Shown in pieces: positions 1 to 14,400 of a DNA stretch of 64,000 nt. The stretch is taken from positions 2,108,001-2,172,000 of the forward strand of contig OZ218963.1 in the NCBI GenBank assembly GCA_965112735.1. The letters run 5' to 3'. Both the position numbers and the translations under genes were made by a program. The notes under the pieces were generated by a model, which was not told the origin of the DNA, made no database searches, and saw nothing but the letters and a program-made list of their open reading frames with translations. Each line of letters begins with the position of its first letter. Position 1 is the stretch's first letter. Source of the DNA: Phaeosaccion multiseriatum (Eukaryota; Protista; Ochrophyta, other classes).

Positions 1-220
1 GCACGCCTACTACGATCAGCTGTGCACGCAGCTAAACGACATGGTAAGGGAGAGGAAGAGGGCTGCGCCAGTGAGAGAGGTAGAGAGAGCGAAGACTGCC
101 AAGAAAGTACGCACGACGTGAGAGAGGGAGAGAGAGACACACACCAAGCCCCCCTCCTCCTATTCGCTGTCTGTCTTTCCTTCTGCCTCTCTGTCTGTCT
201 GTCCGTCTGTCCGTCCGTCC

Positions 221-262
<42 letters not shown>

Positions 263-298
263 GTCTCTCTGTCTCTCTCTGTCTCTGTCTGTCTGTCT

Positions 299-372
<74 letters not shown>

Positions 373-3300
373 TTCTGTCTCTCTATCTGGCTGTCTGTCG
401 GTCTGTCTGACTATTTCTCTTTTGTCTCTGTCTCACCATCTATCTGCCTGTCCGTCCATCCATCCATCCATCCATCCATCCATAGGTGTTCCTCATTCGT
501 GGAGACCTCTCCTCCATGGCCCGAGTCACCATCGGAGCCTTGGCGGTCATCGACGTTCACGCTCGTGATGTCATGAAACGCATGGCAGATGCCGGAGTGG
601 CGGAATCGACTGACTTTGACTGGTACTCACAGATGCGCTTTTACTGGAGGGGAGACTTCGACACTGGCGATCTCAAGGTAGTCATGGTGTCGAGTGAACG
701 CTTCTACGGGTACGAGTACTTGGGCAACAGCTTCCGACTCGTCATCACCCCTCTTACGGACAAGTGCTACCTGACTATCATGTCGGCGTTACAAATGATA
801 TTGGGAGGAGCCCCTGCCGGACCGGCCGGGACAGGCAAGACGGAAACCACCAAGGTAGGTAGGGACTGTAGGTTTTGCTGAAGTGAAACTAAAAAACTAA
901 AACACTGCTTGCTGCAATACTGGCGACTACGGACTGTAGAGTGAAGACTGCGGTGGACTGCATACCCTATGTAGACTGTGTGCGAACATGCTGTTACACA
1001 CACGTCGCCGCGTGTCCTGCGTGCTGGCTCTGTGCCACCTGCTCTGCTTCCTTTCCTTTATGTTATGCGTACGCTACGCCCCTGACGCTTGACACGTACG
1101 CTTGACACGTACGCTTGACACTTAAACTTGACACTTACGCTTGACACCCGCCGTCGCTCTCCTCTCCAGGATCTGGCCAAGGCCCTGGCCAAGCAGTGCG
1201 TTGTGTTCAACTGCTCCGACGGCCTCGACTACCTCGCCATGGGAAAGTTCTTCAAGGGTCTCGCCAGCTCCGGAGCCTGGGCCTGCTTCGACGAGTTCAA
1301 TCGCATCAACATCGAAGTGCTGTCCGTCATTGCGCAACAAATCATGACCCTGCAGAGTGCGGTACAGAGGGGAGAGAAGCGCACCATGTTCGAGGACACA
1401 GATATCGTCGTCAACCCGGACTTTGCAGGTGGGTCAGGAGCTCAGGGAGGTTAGGTGGTCAAGTGGTGGTGTCGGTGTGGTGTGGTTGTGGTGTTGGTGT
1501 GGGGTGTTGCTTGGCGTGATGGGTTGTTGCATGGTGGTGTGTATATCCGAGTTTTCAAGGCAAGGCTCGGGCGCGCTCTCACTTAGTCGAGGGAGATGGC
1601 AGCGGACATGCACGCGATGCAAAGCAAACACACAAGTCTACCCCGGTCAAACCGCCCAGAGCCTCTCTTCAGTGCAAAGCTCCTTGCGTCCCCTCTCCCT
1701 CCCCCCCTCCCCACTCTCATACCCTGCTTGCACTTGCCTCCCTCCACTCCCCTCTTCTCCCTCTCCTCTCCTCTCCTCCCCTCTCCTCCCCTCCCCTCCC
1801 CTCCCCTCCCCTCCGCTCCCCTCCCCTCCCCTCCCCTCCCCTCCCATCTCCCTCCCTCTTCTCCCCTGTCTTTCTCCCCTCTCCTCTACTCTCCCCCCCC
1901 CTCTCCTCCCCTCTCCTCCTCTCTCCTCTCCTCTCCTCCCCTCCCCTCCCCTCCGCTCCTCTCCCCTTCCTTCCCCTCTCCTCCCCTCCCCTCTCCTCTT
2001 CCCCCCCCTGTGCTCCCCTCTCCTCTTCCTCCTCCTCCTCCTCCTCCTCCTCCTCCTCCTCCTCCCTACAACAGTCTTCATCACGATGAACCCCGGGTAC
2101 GCCGGTCGAAGCGAGCTGCCCGATAACCTCGAAGCCCTCTTCCGCCCTGTGGCCATGATGGTGCCCGACTACGCCCTCATCGCAGAGATCATGCTCTTCA
2201 GCTACGGATACCTCGAGAACCGCGCATGTTCACAGAAGATGGCAGCGACCTTCCGCCTGTGCTCGGAACAGCTCTCTGCCCAAGACCACTATGACTACGG
2301 AATGCGCGCAGTCAAGACAGTCATCACAGCAGCAGGTAACCTCAAGCGAGCGAGTCCACAAGAGGCTGAGGAGGCGTTGCTGCTGAGGGCCTTGCAGGAT
2401 GTGAACGTGCCCAAGTTTTTGGCACATGACCTTCCTCTCTTCGACGGCATTCTGTCTGATCTGTTCCCCGGAGTGTCTCGGCCGCCCTTCGACTACGGCC
2501 CACTCAACGCTGCGATTAAGTACTCCATTCAGTCGCTCAACTTGCAGCCGGTACCTATATTCATCAAAAAGGTAAAAAGCATACACACACAGAGAGAGAG
2601 AGAGAGACAACGTGTGTACACAAAGCGTCTTTGCGTTGGGGTGGAGAGCAGACCAGAGCATTCAAAGGAACTAAGGATCGAATGCTTCCCCCCCCTCCTC
2701 TTTTCGGTCCTTACTCCTTCCTTTCTCCCTTCCTTTCTTACTTCCTTCCTCCTTCCGTCCTCCCTTCCTTCCTTGCTTCCTTCCTTCCTTCCTTCCTTCC
2801 TTCCTTCCTTCTTTCCTTCCTTCCCTTCTTCCCTTCCTCCCTCCCTCCCTCAAATCCTGGCCACAGGTGGTGGAGCTGTACGAGATGGTGTGTGTGCGTC
2901 ACGGACTAATGGTGGTGGGGCCCACCGGGGGAGGCAAGAGCTGCAACATACGTGTGCTCAGAGACTCTCTCACGGCGCTGCACTGCGCCGGTGTGGAGGG
3001 CACGCGATACGAAAAGGCAAGTCGAGTGGAGCACAGTGGAGTGGAGTGGACTGGAGTGTTGGAGGCTGGGGGAAGCGGGTGTGTGTATGTGTATGGGGTA
3101 TGGTGGGGGGTGGGGAAACTAACTTACCAACAAACCCAACCAACCAATCAACCAACCAACCCGAACAGGTTGAGACGTTTCACCTCAACCCCAAGAGTAT
3201 CACAATGGGGCAGCTCTACGGAGAGTTCGATGAGAACACACACGAGTGGCAAGACGGCGTCTTGGCTGACATTGTGCGCAACTGTGCTCGCAAGACGGTT

Positions 3301-5363
3301 TCAGACCTGCAGTGGGTGCTCTTCGATGGGCCGGTGGATGCCATTTGGATCGAGAACATGAACACGGTCAGTTTAGTCGATATTTGTTGGCTCTTCCGAA
3401 CTCGCCTAGTTTGGCTCTTCTGATTGTTTGCCTTCCCGCCTGCAGCTCCCTCACCCCCGCTTCCCCTTCCCCTTCCCCTTCCCCTCCATCCACTGCCATC
3501 TTAAACGAAAAGGTGCTCGACGACAACAAGAAGTTGTGCTTGACCTCTGGCGAGATTATGTCGCTGAGCGAAGAAACGACCATGATGTTCGAGCCAGAGG
3601 ACCTTGCTGTGGCATCGCCAGCAACGGTGTCGCGCTGTGGTATGATATACATGGAGCCCAAGTCACTCGGCTTCGACCCGCTGGTGCAGTCGTGGCTGTT
3701 TCAGCTGCCAGATGCATTCGATTCGGTGAGTAGAGTGGGAAGAGGCACAGAGAAAGAGAGAGGAGAGAGAGAGGAGAGAGAGGAGGGGGGGGGGGGGAGG
3801 AGACGATCGAGAGAGAGAGGCCGATGGAGAAGAGATCGAAGAGAGCAACAGAAAGAACCAGAGAAAAGAAAGAGGCTTGCTGACGTCTTCCTCTTGTTCC
3901 CCCGTCGCGCCCTCCTTCCCGGGAACCCATGGCCGGAAACCCACAGTGGTGCGGTAAGCCTCTGACACAAATACTTTCTCCTCCCCCCCCTGGTCCCCCC
4001 TATCCCTCCCTTTCCACAGGAGTGTAAGATAATCATGGGCGGTATGTTTGACCTGTACGTCTCCTCCGCCCTCTCTGTCCTGCGCCGCTCGTGCGACGAG
4101 CCGTTACCCAGCGTGGACAATGCGTTGGTGACGAGTCTTATGAACATCTTGGACTGCTACTTTGAGGAGTACAGGCCCTTTGAGGTAAGATACCGATGAT
4201 GGTGATGTGATGACCAAGCGCCACTTTGCAGTTTGCAGTTTGCATGTGTACAATTTGCAGTTTACAGTTTACGGTTTACAATTTTTCTCTTGTGGGATTG
4301 GCCTAAAATTGGCCCTTCAGCTCCACCCCTCAGAGTATTGCAGCGTGTCTAAAAGGGAAGGGGAGTGCGCTCACCGTCCGGCTCTTTCTTTTCAATGCCT
4401 CTTCTCCCTCCCTCCCTCCTTCCCTCCCTCCCTCCCCCCTTCCCTCCTTCCCCTCGTTCTTTCCTCACAACAGGGTATATCTAAGAAGTCTGCCCAGGAT
4501 GCCCTGGTGCTGAAGGAGCACTTGGAGCCTGTCTTTATGTTCGCTCTTATTTGGTCCATCGCAGCAACGGTTGATGCCAAGGGACGCAAGTTTATGGACG
4601 GGCATCTGAGGTGAGAGGGAGGAGGAGGAGAAGAAGGGAAAAAAGAAAAGAACAACAAAAAAAACTCCAGTACCACTGAAATGTCAGAGAAGAACCGCTT
4701 TTTGTGCAACCGAATGTACCTTTTATGCCTACGCCCCCCCTCCTCCACACACCTCTCTCCCCTCTCCGTCTTGTCTCACCGCACATGCGCGCGCACACAC
4801 ACACACACGCACACGCCCCCAACCGCAACAACAACAAAAAGGGCCGAGATGGAGGGCAACAACATGTCGCACCCCATACCGGAGACCGCCACGATTTATG
4901 ACTTCTTCTTCTCGCAGGAGCAGAGCGCTTGGGTGCCGTGGATGGACACCATTGAACCCTACAAGCACGACAGTAAGGCCGCCTTCTCTGAGCTCATCAT
5001 CCCCACAACGGACAGCGTGCGGTACTCGTACGTCCTCGACCTGTTGCTGCGGGCGGGCAAGCACGTGCTAATGACGGGGCCCACAGGAACGGGCAAGACT
5101 GTGAATGTCAATAAGCACCTCCAGGGGGGGCTCGACGACTCCTTCGTGCCCATATGCCTTACTTTCTCGGTGAGGAGGAGGAGGTGGAGGAGGGGAGGAG
5201 TGATGGTAGTGTAGGTGTCTGAGTTCTGAATTTGAGTTTGAGTTTGAGTTTGGGTTTGACGCCACGTACGCCTCCTCTCCTCTCCTTCCCCCAAAACACT
5301 CACACACACCAATCAATCACGTTTGGCCACCACCGACAACAACAACAACAACACAACAAACAC

Positions 5364-5414
<51 letters not shown>

Positions 5415-5426
5415 ACAACAACGACG

Positions 5427-5486
<60 letters not shown>

Positions 5487-8400
5487 TCATACACCAGGCG
5501 CAAACGGGTGCGAATCAGACTCAGGACCTCATCGACGGCAAGTGTGAGAAGCGCCGCAAAGGAGTCTTCGGGCCCCCTACTGGCAAGAAGTTCGTGCTCT
5601 TTGTAGACGACATCAACATGCCGCAGAAGGAGTACTACGGGGCTCAGCCGCCCATAGAGCTGCTGAGGCAGTGGTTCGACAGTGGGGGATGGTGAGTGGG
5701 TGCGTGGTGCGTGGGTGTGGGTGCGGGAGAGAGGGAGGGAGAGAGAGCGGGAAGGGTCGTTTGATCGTTTGACAAGGGGAGGGTGGGAGCGTTCTTCCAT
5801 CCTAGCGCCTTGTTGTTGGCTCCCTCTCGTGTTTGGTGGACATATCGTGTCGGTCGATATGGGTAGTATCTGCCCACAGCACAAAAGGCATCTTCTCAAT
5901 CGAACCCGCCCCTCCGTGTTTTGTTCTTTTGTGGTTGTTGTTGACGGACTCGACCTAAGCGCTGCGACTCCACCACTCTGCTATTGACACTGCTATTGAC
6001 ACTGCTATTGACACTGCTATTGACACTGCTATTGACACTAGCCGTGCCCTACCCCCGCTCGGCTTCTTGCTTTGCTTGTCGGTGATACACATAGGTACGA
6101 CCGTAAGGCGCTTCAATTCCGCAGCATCGTCGACGTAGTGTTTGTGCTCGCGTGCGGGCCCCCGGGGGGAGGTCGCAATTCTGTAACGGCTCGCTTCTTC
6201 CGGCACTTCAACACCATCGGTTACACCGCCATGCAGGACTCCAGTCTGGCGTTGATCTTCAGCACTATCCTGGGCAACTACCTAAGAGCCTTCGACGAGT
6301 CTCTACGGTCGTTGACAAGCCCCATTGTGGAGGCCACGGTGGGTATCTTCAACACCATTCTCCGGGACTTGAGGCCAACACCTACCAAGAGTCACTACAC
6401 ATACAATCTGCGTGATCTGAGCAAGGTGTTTCAGGGGATGCTCATGCTGGACAAGCGGAAAGTCACCACGCCGGACAAGCTTGCGCTCATGTGGGTGCAC
6501 GAGAATAGGAGGGTGTTTTCCGACAGGCTCATTTCTCTGGAGGACAAAGGTGAGGAAGAGGAGGAGGAGGAGGAGGAGAAGGAGGAGGAGGAGGAGGAGG
6601 AGGAGGAGGAGGAGGAGGAGGAGGAGGAGGAGGAGGAGGAGGAGGAGGAGGAGGAGGAGGAGGGGAAGAAGATTGTGTCGAGGGTAGGGTCGGGCCGTGT
6701 TGGGGTCGTGTTATGTGGGACGGATCGCTCAATAGTCAATTTTCGTTGACTTACTTCGTTGTCTTGTCTTCCCTTCCTTCTTAGGTTGGTTCAACGACCT
6801 GTGTGCCGCGGAGATGAAGGACAAGCTGAGCCTTGAGTGGGGCGATGTGATCCATGAGGAGGACGGGCAGCTTGAGGTGCTGTGCACGGACTTTATGGTG
6901 CCTGGAGCAGACCCAAAGGTCTACGAAGCCGTTACGGACAATGCGGTGCTGCAGGTGTGTGTGTGGAGAGAGAGAGAGAGAGAGGTGGAGGGTAGGAGAG
7001 GGGGGGCAGGAGGGAGGAAAGGAGGGAAGGAAGGAAGGGAGGAAAAAGGGGAAGAGGGAGGGTCAGATCAGATGGGGATGGAGGGAGGGGGGGAGCTACA
7101 AGGCCACAAGCGACCGGCTCTCCATCGCTAACTGACCCAACGTTTATCTGGCCCACGTCAATTGACCAAGTTAACTGACCAACGTCACGCCCTCCGTCGC
7201 GGCCAGGCCACTGTGGAGGAGTACCTAAGCGAGTTCAACGCCGACAGCAAGCAACCCATGCACCTCGTGATGTTCAATGATGCTCTGTCGCACGTGAGCC
7301 GCATCAGCCGAGTTCTGCGCCAACCGCAGGGCAACGCGCTCTTGCTAGGAGTGGGTGGTAGTGGACGGCAGTCACTCACCAAGCTAGCCTGCTTCATGGC
7401 CGACTTTACCCTGTTCCAGATCGAAATCTCCAAGAACTACGGCATGCAAGAGTGGCACGAGGACCTGCGAAGGTGTCTCATGAAGGCCGGTGTGGACGAC
7501 AAGCCCATTGTATTTCTCTATAACGACACGCAAATCGTTAATGAGGGCATGCTCGAGGACGTTAACAACGTCCTCAACTCCGGAGATGTGCCAAACCTGT
7601 ACGGACCGGAGGAGATGGAGACCATTATGACGGCTTGCCGGCCTCTGTGTGTCAAGAAGAGGATCCCGGCCACTAAGCTCAATGTCTTCTCCCAGGTGGG
7701 TGGGGTTGTTGGCTCTCTTGTTTTGGTCATGGCCTGCTTTGTTGGTCGCTTGCATGCTTGCTTGCGTTTTTGACGTTTCGCGGGAGATGTAAGTGACTGA
7801 GAGAGACACAGAGCAAACCGCGCGTGTGTCAGCGGACGCCTGGCTAGATATGAGAGAGAGAGGGGAAGGGAAGGGAAGGGAAGGGAAGCGAAGGGAAGCG
7901 TTGCGCAAGCGCCTTCTGAGACGGGGAGGGGAGTGAGGTCCGGGGGTCGATCCCTCGAATGTCTGTACTGCACCGACCGAGTGACTGTACTGCACCGACT
8001 GACCGTCCGTCTCGCTGATTGTGCTGCTTGACATGCTCGTCCCTGCTTGACATTTTGGTCCCATCCATCGCCTGGCAGTACATCAATCGGGTGCGGTCGA
8101 ATATACACATCGTCTTGTGTATGAGCCCGCTGGGAGAGGCGTTCCGGACCCGTCTGCGAATGTTCCCCAGCGTGGTGAACTGCTGCACCATCGATTGGTT
8201 CATGGAGTGGCCGGACGAAGCCCTCATGTCTGTCGCCCAGAGGACCCTCACCGGTGAGAGAGGTGGAGGGGGTGGAGGGGGTGGAGGCTTAGTCTTGAGG
8301 CAGACAGACAGAGACAGGCATATAGGCAGGGTGTACACATGGGTAGACTGTAGGCGAGACGCCAAGTTTCTCTGTGCCTTCTTTTTTCCGAGTTCTTGTC

Positions 8401-11400
8401 ATTTCTTTCTCCATGGAAAAGCCTTTTAACGACCCCTTACACCCTACTCGTGCCCCCCCTTCCTTCCCCTATCTACCATCTCTCTCTTCTCTCCTCCTCT
8501 CTTCGCTTACAGAGGGTGAAATGGACCTACAAGGGCAAGGAGACAAGGTGGTGGAGTTTGTCAAGCACATTCATCAGAGTGTTGCCGCGGCGTCCATCTC
8601 CTTCCGAACGGAGCTTCACAGGTACAACTACGTCACGCCCACATCCTACCTCGAGCTGCTTAGCACGTACAAGAATGTGCTCGCTGACAAGAGGAGCGAA
8701 GTGGGCACTCTCAAGGACAGGCTGCAGGTAGGTACTACATGTATACACGTTGGTGATAATCTGATTGGTTCTTGGTCTTTGTGGTTTTCGACTGTGTGAT
8801 GGGGTGGGGGGAGGAAAGAGCGAAGGAAACATGAGAAAGTAGGAGGGGAGGGTGGAAGAGAAGAGAAGAGAAGAGAGGAGATGAGAAGAGACAGACGGAC
8901 AGACACACAGACAGACACACAGAGAGACAACGAGACAGACACACACACTCTCACACACACAGACAGCGCCGCCTCTGTCCCTTCCTGTGCTTCATCGTAA
9001 GTGATTTCCCGTCGCCGCCTCTCTCTAACACTGTTGTGTTGCCGCCTCTCTCTGATGCTATCGTGTTGCCAATTCACAATTGCCAACTGTGAAGGTGGGG
9101 CTGGATAAGATCATCTCCACGCAGTCCCAGGTGGGGGGGCTTCAGGAGCAGCTCACGGCCATGGAGCCCGTTCTCATACAGACACAGGCGGAGGTGAGTG
9201 AGAAGGAGGAAATAAGGTCTAGAGACAGGCAGGGAGAGAGGGAGGGGAAGAGGGGGGGAGGGAGGGAGGGAGGGAAGGGTATACAGACAAAGAAAGAGGG
9301 GGGACACACGCACTCAGTGGGGAACATGGTTTGTTTTCGTCCGCTCGTCCTGTGCTGCAACTCTTTGAGAAGCGACCGAAGGCTCAGGCTCCGTCATTCC
9401 TGAGTGTGATCTAAGGCGTTGTATCTGTTGCTGTATCACCAACCTGCTGTGCTGTGCCGTACCGTATCACAAACTGCTGCACATGGTGTGTATGTGTAGG
9501 TGGAGGTAATGATCGTGGAGATCACCAAGGACAAGGAGGAAGCAGCCAAGACGGCGGCGGTGGTGGAGAAGCAGGAGGCAGAGGCCAAAGCCAAGGCCGC
9601 AGCGACAAAGGCCATCGCAGACGACGCGCAGAAGGACCTTGACGAGGTGAGAATGATGGTGCTTAAGGACTTGGCTTCACTACATCATTCCTAGGGGGGA
9701 GGAGGAGGGGGTGGGGCAGGAGGGGTGGGAAAGAGAGAGGGGTGGGTGGGCTTACCCTGGCAATTACCCCTCGGTCTGTCTGTCACGTCGTTTTGAATCA
9801 TCTAAGAGTAGACGAGTTAGTTTCGGCGCGTTCCGTCAACTCCCCCGTCCACGCACACTAACACCCTGATCTTATCTTTCCTCATGTCTATCTGTCTACC
9901 GACATGCTTCTATCGGCCTGTCTGTCTTTGTGTGTGTCAGGCCTTGCCGGCACTGGACGCCGCTGTGGCCTGTCTCAAAGACCTCAAGAAGGCAGATATC
10001 GATGAGGTCAAGTCCCTCGGCAAGCCCCCACACGGGGTCAAGCTCACCATGGAGGCAACTTGCATAATGTTCGGCATCAAGCCGGAGAAGGCAACGGACC
10101 CGGATAACCCTGGTAAGAAGATTAACGACTTCTTCCAGGCCGCCAAGAAGAGCCTGTTGTCCAACGCCAACAAGCTGCTGACGGACATGCAAGACTACGA
10201 CAAGGACAACATTCCCGACCGCACCATCAAGGCCATTGAGCCCTTTATGGCCAATCCCGACTTCGAGCCCAAGGCCATTCAGAAGGCGAGCAAGGCGTGT
10301 ACTGCCATCTGCATGTGGGTGCGTGCGATGCACATGTATCACACGGTGGCGTTACAGGTGGAGCCGAAACGGCAGCTCTTGGCGGAGAAGCAGGTGGAGC
10401 TGGACGAGACGCTGGCAGAACTCGCAGAGGCGCAGGGCAGGTGAGAGAACGAGGGAGGGAGAGAGTGAGTGAGTGAGTGAGTGAGGGAGGGAGGGAGGGA
10501 GGTGGGAGTAGAGAGAGAGGGAGGAGGAAGGGAGGAAGGGAGGGATGTGAAGGTTGTGGGTGAAGCGGCACTCTAAGAGAAATGCTGAGTTGTTTTTTCT
10601 CTCCCCCCCCCCCCCCCCCCCCCCAGGCTCAAGGAAACAATGGACAAAGTGGCATCTCTGGAAGCGGCCTTCGAAGGGGCCAACAACAAGAAGGAGAAAC
10701 TCATGAATGACGTGGAGGAGTGTCGAGCCCGATTGGACCGAGCGCAGAAGCTAATTGGAGGACTCGGTGGCGAGAAGGATCGGTGGACGGAGTCCGTAGC
10801 ACAGCTCCGTGTGGACTACGACAATCTTGTAGGCGACGCGGTAGTTTCCGCGGGAACAATTTCGTATGCAGGGGCCTTCACGCCTGAGTTCCGCCAACGG
10901 TTGAAGGAAGGCTGGCAGGAGGTGCTGCGGACGAGAGAGATTCCGCATAGTGCTGGTTGCGACATTCGGGCCACCCTGGCAGACCCGGTGCAGATTCGGG
11001 CTTGGAATATAGCAGGTCAGGCATCAGAATTTAAGAGAGGAAGAGGGATGACAGAGCTGTGTCTTTCTGAACACATTCCCTTCCGTCGGAGAAGCGAGAG
11101 GGGGGGCACGGCGAAAGGGAGCATTGAATTGCAGCGTCCCCTCACCTTGTTGCATGCTTCTGACTGTCTCTCTCTGCCTGTCTCTTCTATCTCTGCCTAC
11201 ATGCCTCTTGTCTGTGTTTCATGTCCCACGTTACACCTCCGCGAAGGGCTGCCGAGCGACGGGCACTCCATTGAGAACGGCATTGTGATGAGCAAGGCCC
11301 GGAGATATCCACTCCTTATCGACCCTCAGGGACAGGCCAACCGTTACATCAAGAACATGGGCAAGGACCCTTCCTTCAGTCTCAACGGCTTGGACGTCAT

Positions 11401-14400
11401 CAAGCTTAGTGATAAGAACTTCCTCCGAATGCTCGAGAATGGCATTCGCTTCGGGCGTTGGGTTCTTCTGGAGAACGTGCAGGAGGTAAGTGAGAGAGAC
11501 GGACGGATGGGCGGAGGCGTTTGTGGTGAAGAAGCACGCGGTGAGGGCGGGTGTGAATGATGGAGTGAGAGAGATACTGGAGGACGAGAGAGAAGAGAGA
11601 GAGAAAATGTGTGTGTGTGTGTGTGTGTGCGTGCGCCTCTTTGTGCGATTGAGAGGGATGAGGAGCAACCGCTGAGACACACACACCCACACACACACGC
11701 ACACACACAGACTCTGGACGCCGCCCTGGAGCCGCTGCTCCTCCAGCAGCGTTTCCGACAAGGCGGCACCATGATGATCCGAGTGGGTGACAGTACCATT
11801 CCGTGGAACGACTCCTTCCGCCTCTTCATGACCACCAAGCTTGCCAACCCGCATTACCCCCCGGAGGTGTGTGTCAAAGTGTCTCTCGTGAACTTCGCCA
11901 TCACCTTCAGCGGGCTGGAGGACCAACTACTGGGGGCCGTGGTGGTGGAGGAAATGCCCGAGATGGAGGAGAAGAAGAACCTGCTTGTGGTGGCCAATTC
12001 CAAGATGAAGAGAGAGCTTGCCGACATTGAAAACAAGATCCTCTTCATGCTCAGCAACTCCAAGGGGAACATCCTTGACGATCACGAGCTTATTGAGACG
12101 CTGGCGAGCAGCAAGAAGACGTCCACGGAGATTTCCGCCAAGGTTAGTTGTCACCGTTGTAACCGTTTCCCTTGCTGTTATCAACAGACCTTCATCCTTC
12201 GACTTGACATCGACTGACACGTCCTCCAAAAGTTCTCGCTGTGCGCTCGACCCGTCAGGGGCCCAGAGTCCTCTATGAACCTCTGAACGGGTCAGCTCGT
12301 TCGATGAGTGTCAGGATAGAAGGAATCGATCCGCGCGAATGATCTGTTCGATCGAATCCGGCTTTAGCTAGCGGTTTCTACCGCATTGCTTCTTCATGGA
12401 CGCTCTCTCTTACTCACTCCTCTCTATCTCTTGCGTCGCTTTCCCCGCACTGCTGCTCGCCAACGCCCTCTCTCTCTCTCTCCGCGGCACAGGTGTCAGA
12501 AGCGGAAGTCACAGAGACAGAGATTGACAGCACGAGAGAACTCTACCGACCCGTGGCCTTCCGAGGCTCCATTCTCTACTTCTGCATACGAGACTTTGGG
12601 GTCGTGGACCCCATGTACCAGTACTCTCTGCAGTGGTTCACCTCCCTCTTCACGTCCGCCATTCGCCTCTCGGAGAAGAGCGAGGTGCTGGAGGAGAGGC
12701 TCGACGAGCTCATCAACTTCTTCACGCTCTATGTGTACACCAATGTGTGCCGTAGTCTGTTCGAGCGTGACAAGCTGCTCTTCTCCTTCGTCATGACTAT
12801 GCGCATCTTGCAAGGAGCCGGCAGGATTGACCCTGCGGGTGAGTGAGGGAGGGATGGAGTGAGTGAGTGAGTGAGTGAAGGAGAGTGAGAGGGGGAGACG
12901 AGGAGAGGAAGGAAGGGAAGGAAAAAGAGAGGGAGAGAGAGCAAGAGAGAGAATCAACTCAGCAAGGGCAGGGGAAGAAGGGGAGGGCGTTGGGTGAAGG
13001 AGAGGCATGGAGGGAGACTCATCATGCCATTCCTTCTCTCGATGTACGCAGCGTGGTAGTGACACACAGCCTGCTCATGTACGCATTCCCTCCCCCTTTC
13101 CACCTCTCCTCGACACCGCCCCCCCCCCCCCCCCTCTGTCCTACCTACACACATGCTAGAATGGTCCTTCTTGACTTCCGGCAAGAGCCTGACGTCCACA
13201 GATACGCCAAATCCTGCTCCGGAGTGGATCGACAAGCGAATGTGGGACGAAGTGCGGGCTCTGTCGTCTCTGCCGTCGTTCGGTGGGCTTGATGAGGACA
13301 TCACCGGTCCTCTGCTCATGGACATTAGAGCAATGTACGACCACCCTGAACCGCACACGCTCACCATGCCCGGGAAGTGGGGCACTTGTTTGGACTCGCT
13401 CCAATCCATGTGTTTGCTGCGCTGCATCAGAGCCGATAAGGTGAGAGTGGGGAGTGTAAAGAGAGGGAGCCAAAGGGCAAGTGGAGGGGGGCGGGAATCC
13501 CCTACTCCTTAGGATGATCGGTAGGCTATAGGGGGTAGGGTGTGTGTGCATGTATGACCTTGGCTTGGACCTGCTGCCGCTCGTTGCCAAGGACCCAAGG
13601 AGAGAGGCAAGGTCCTCTTTGTGTCCCTTGCTCCTCTCTATAGGGATTGGTGGGCCTTCCTGCCGTAATTTTATCACATTTATCCCTTTCCCAACAACGC
13701 ACAAGACCACAGACAACATCTCCACAGACGCCGACTTCTCTCCCTCCCTCCCTCCCTCCCTCCCTCTCCTTGCTTGCCCCATATGCCCATGTGCTCACAG
13801 ATCCCCGAGCGCATCATGACCTTCGTAATGGAGTCCCTCGGGCAAGACTTTGTGGAGCCGCCGCCCTTCGACCTCTCGGCCTGCTACTGTGACTCGACCA
13901 TTACCACCCCGCTCATCTTCGTGCTCACCAAGGGGTCGGATCCCACCAAGGCCTTCTATCAGTTCGCGGCGCAGATGCGCTTCGACAAGAAGGTCAAGGG
14001 CCTGTCGCTCGGACAGGGGCAAGGAGCCAAGGCCACACGGCTGCTGGAGGAGGGGGCTCAGAAGGGAACATGGTCAGTTCAGCCAACTGGATGGGGTTGG
14101 GGTGTTCGAGGGGGGGGGGGCGATGTTGGCATAGAAAGATGCGCTAGTGGCTCTCAGTCTTTGGTCCTTCGGTTGGTCGCCTCATCTCGCCCCTCTTGGT
14201 CACAGTTGTGTGCATCTCTCTCTCTGTGTGTGTAGTCTTGTTTCCGTCCCTCACGGCGAATCAAAACTGGCCTTTCTTCCTGGCGAATCAAAACTGGCCT
14301 TTCTTCCTGTTCCCCTCCCAACATCAGGGTATACCTCCAAAACTGCCATCTGTATGTGTCCTGGCTGTCGGAGCTGGAGCGCCTGGTGGAGAACCTCGGC

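Noticed and set aside
22-576. Cys/Leu/Ser/Val-rich 184-aa ORF (also 16718-17479)
   Set aside because: Translation of intronic (TCTG)n.
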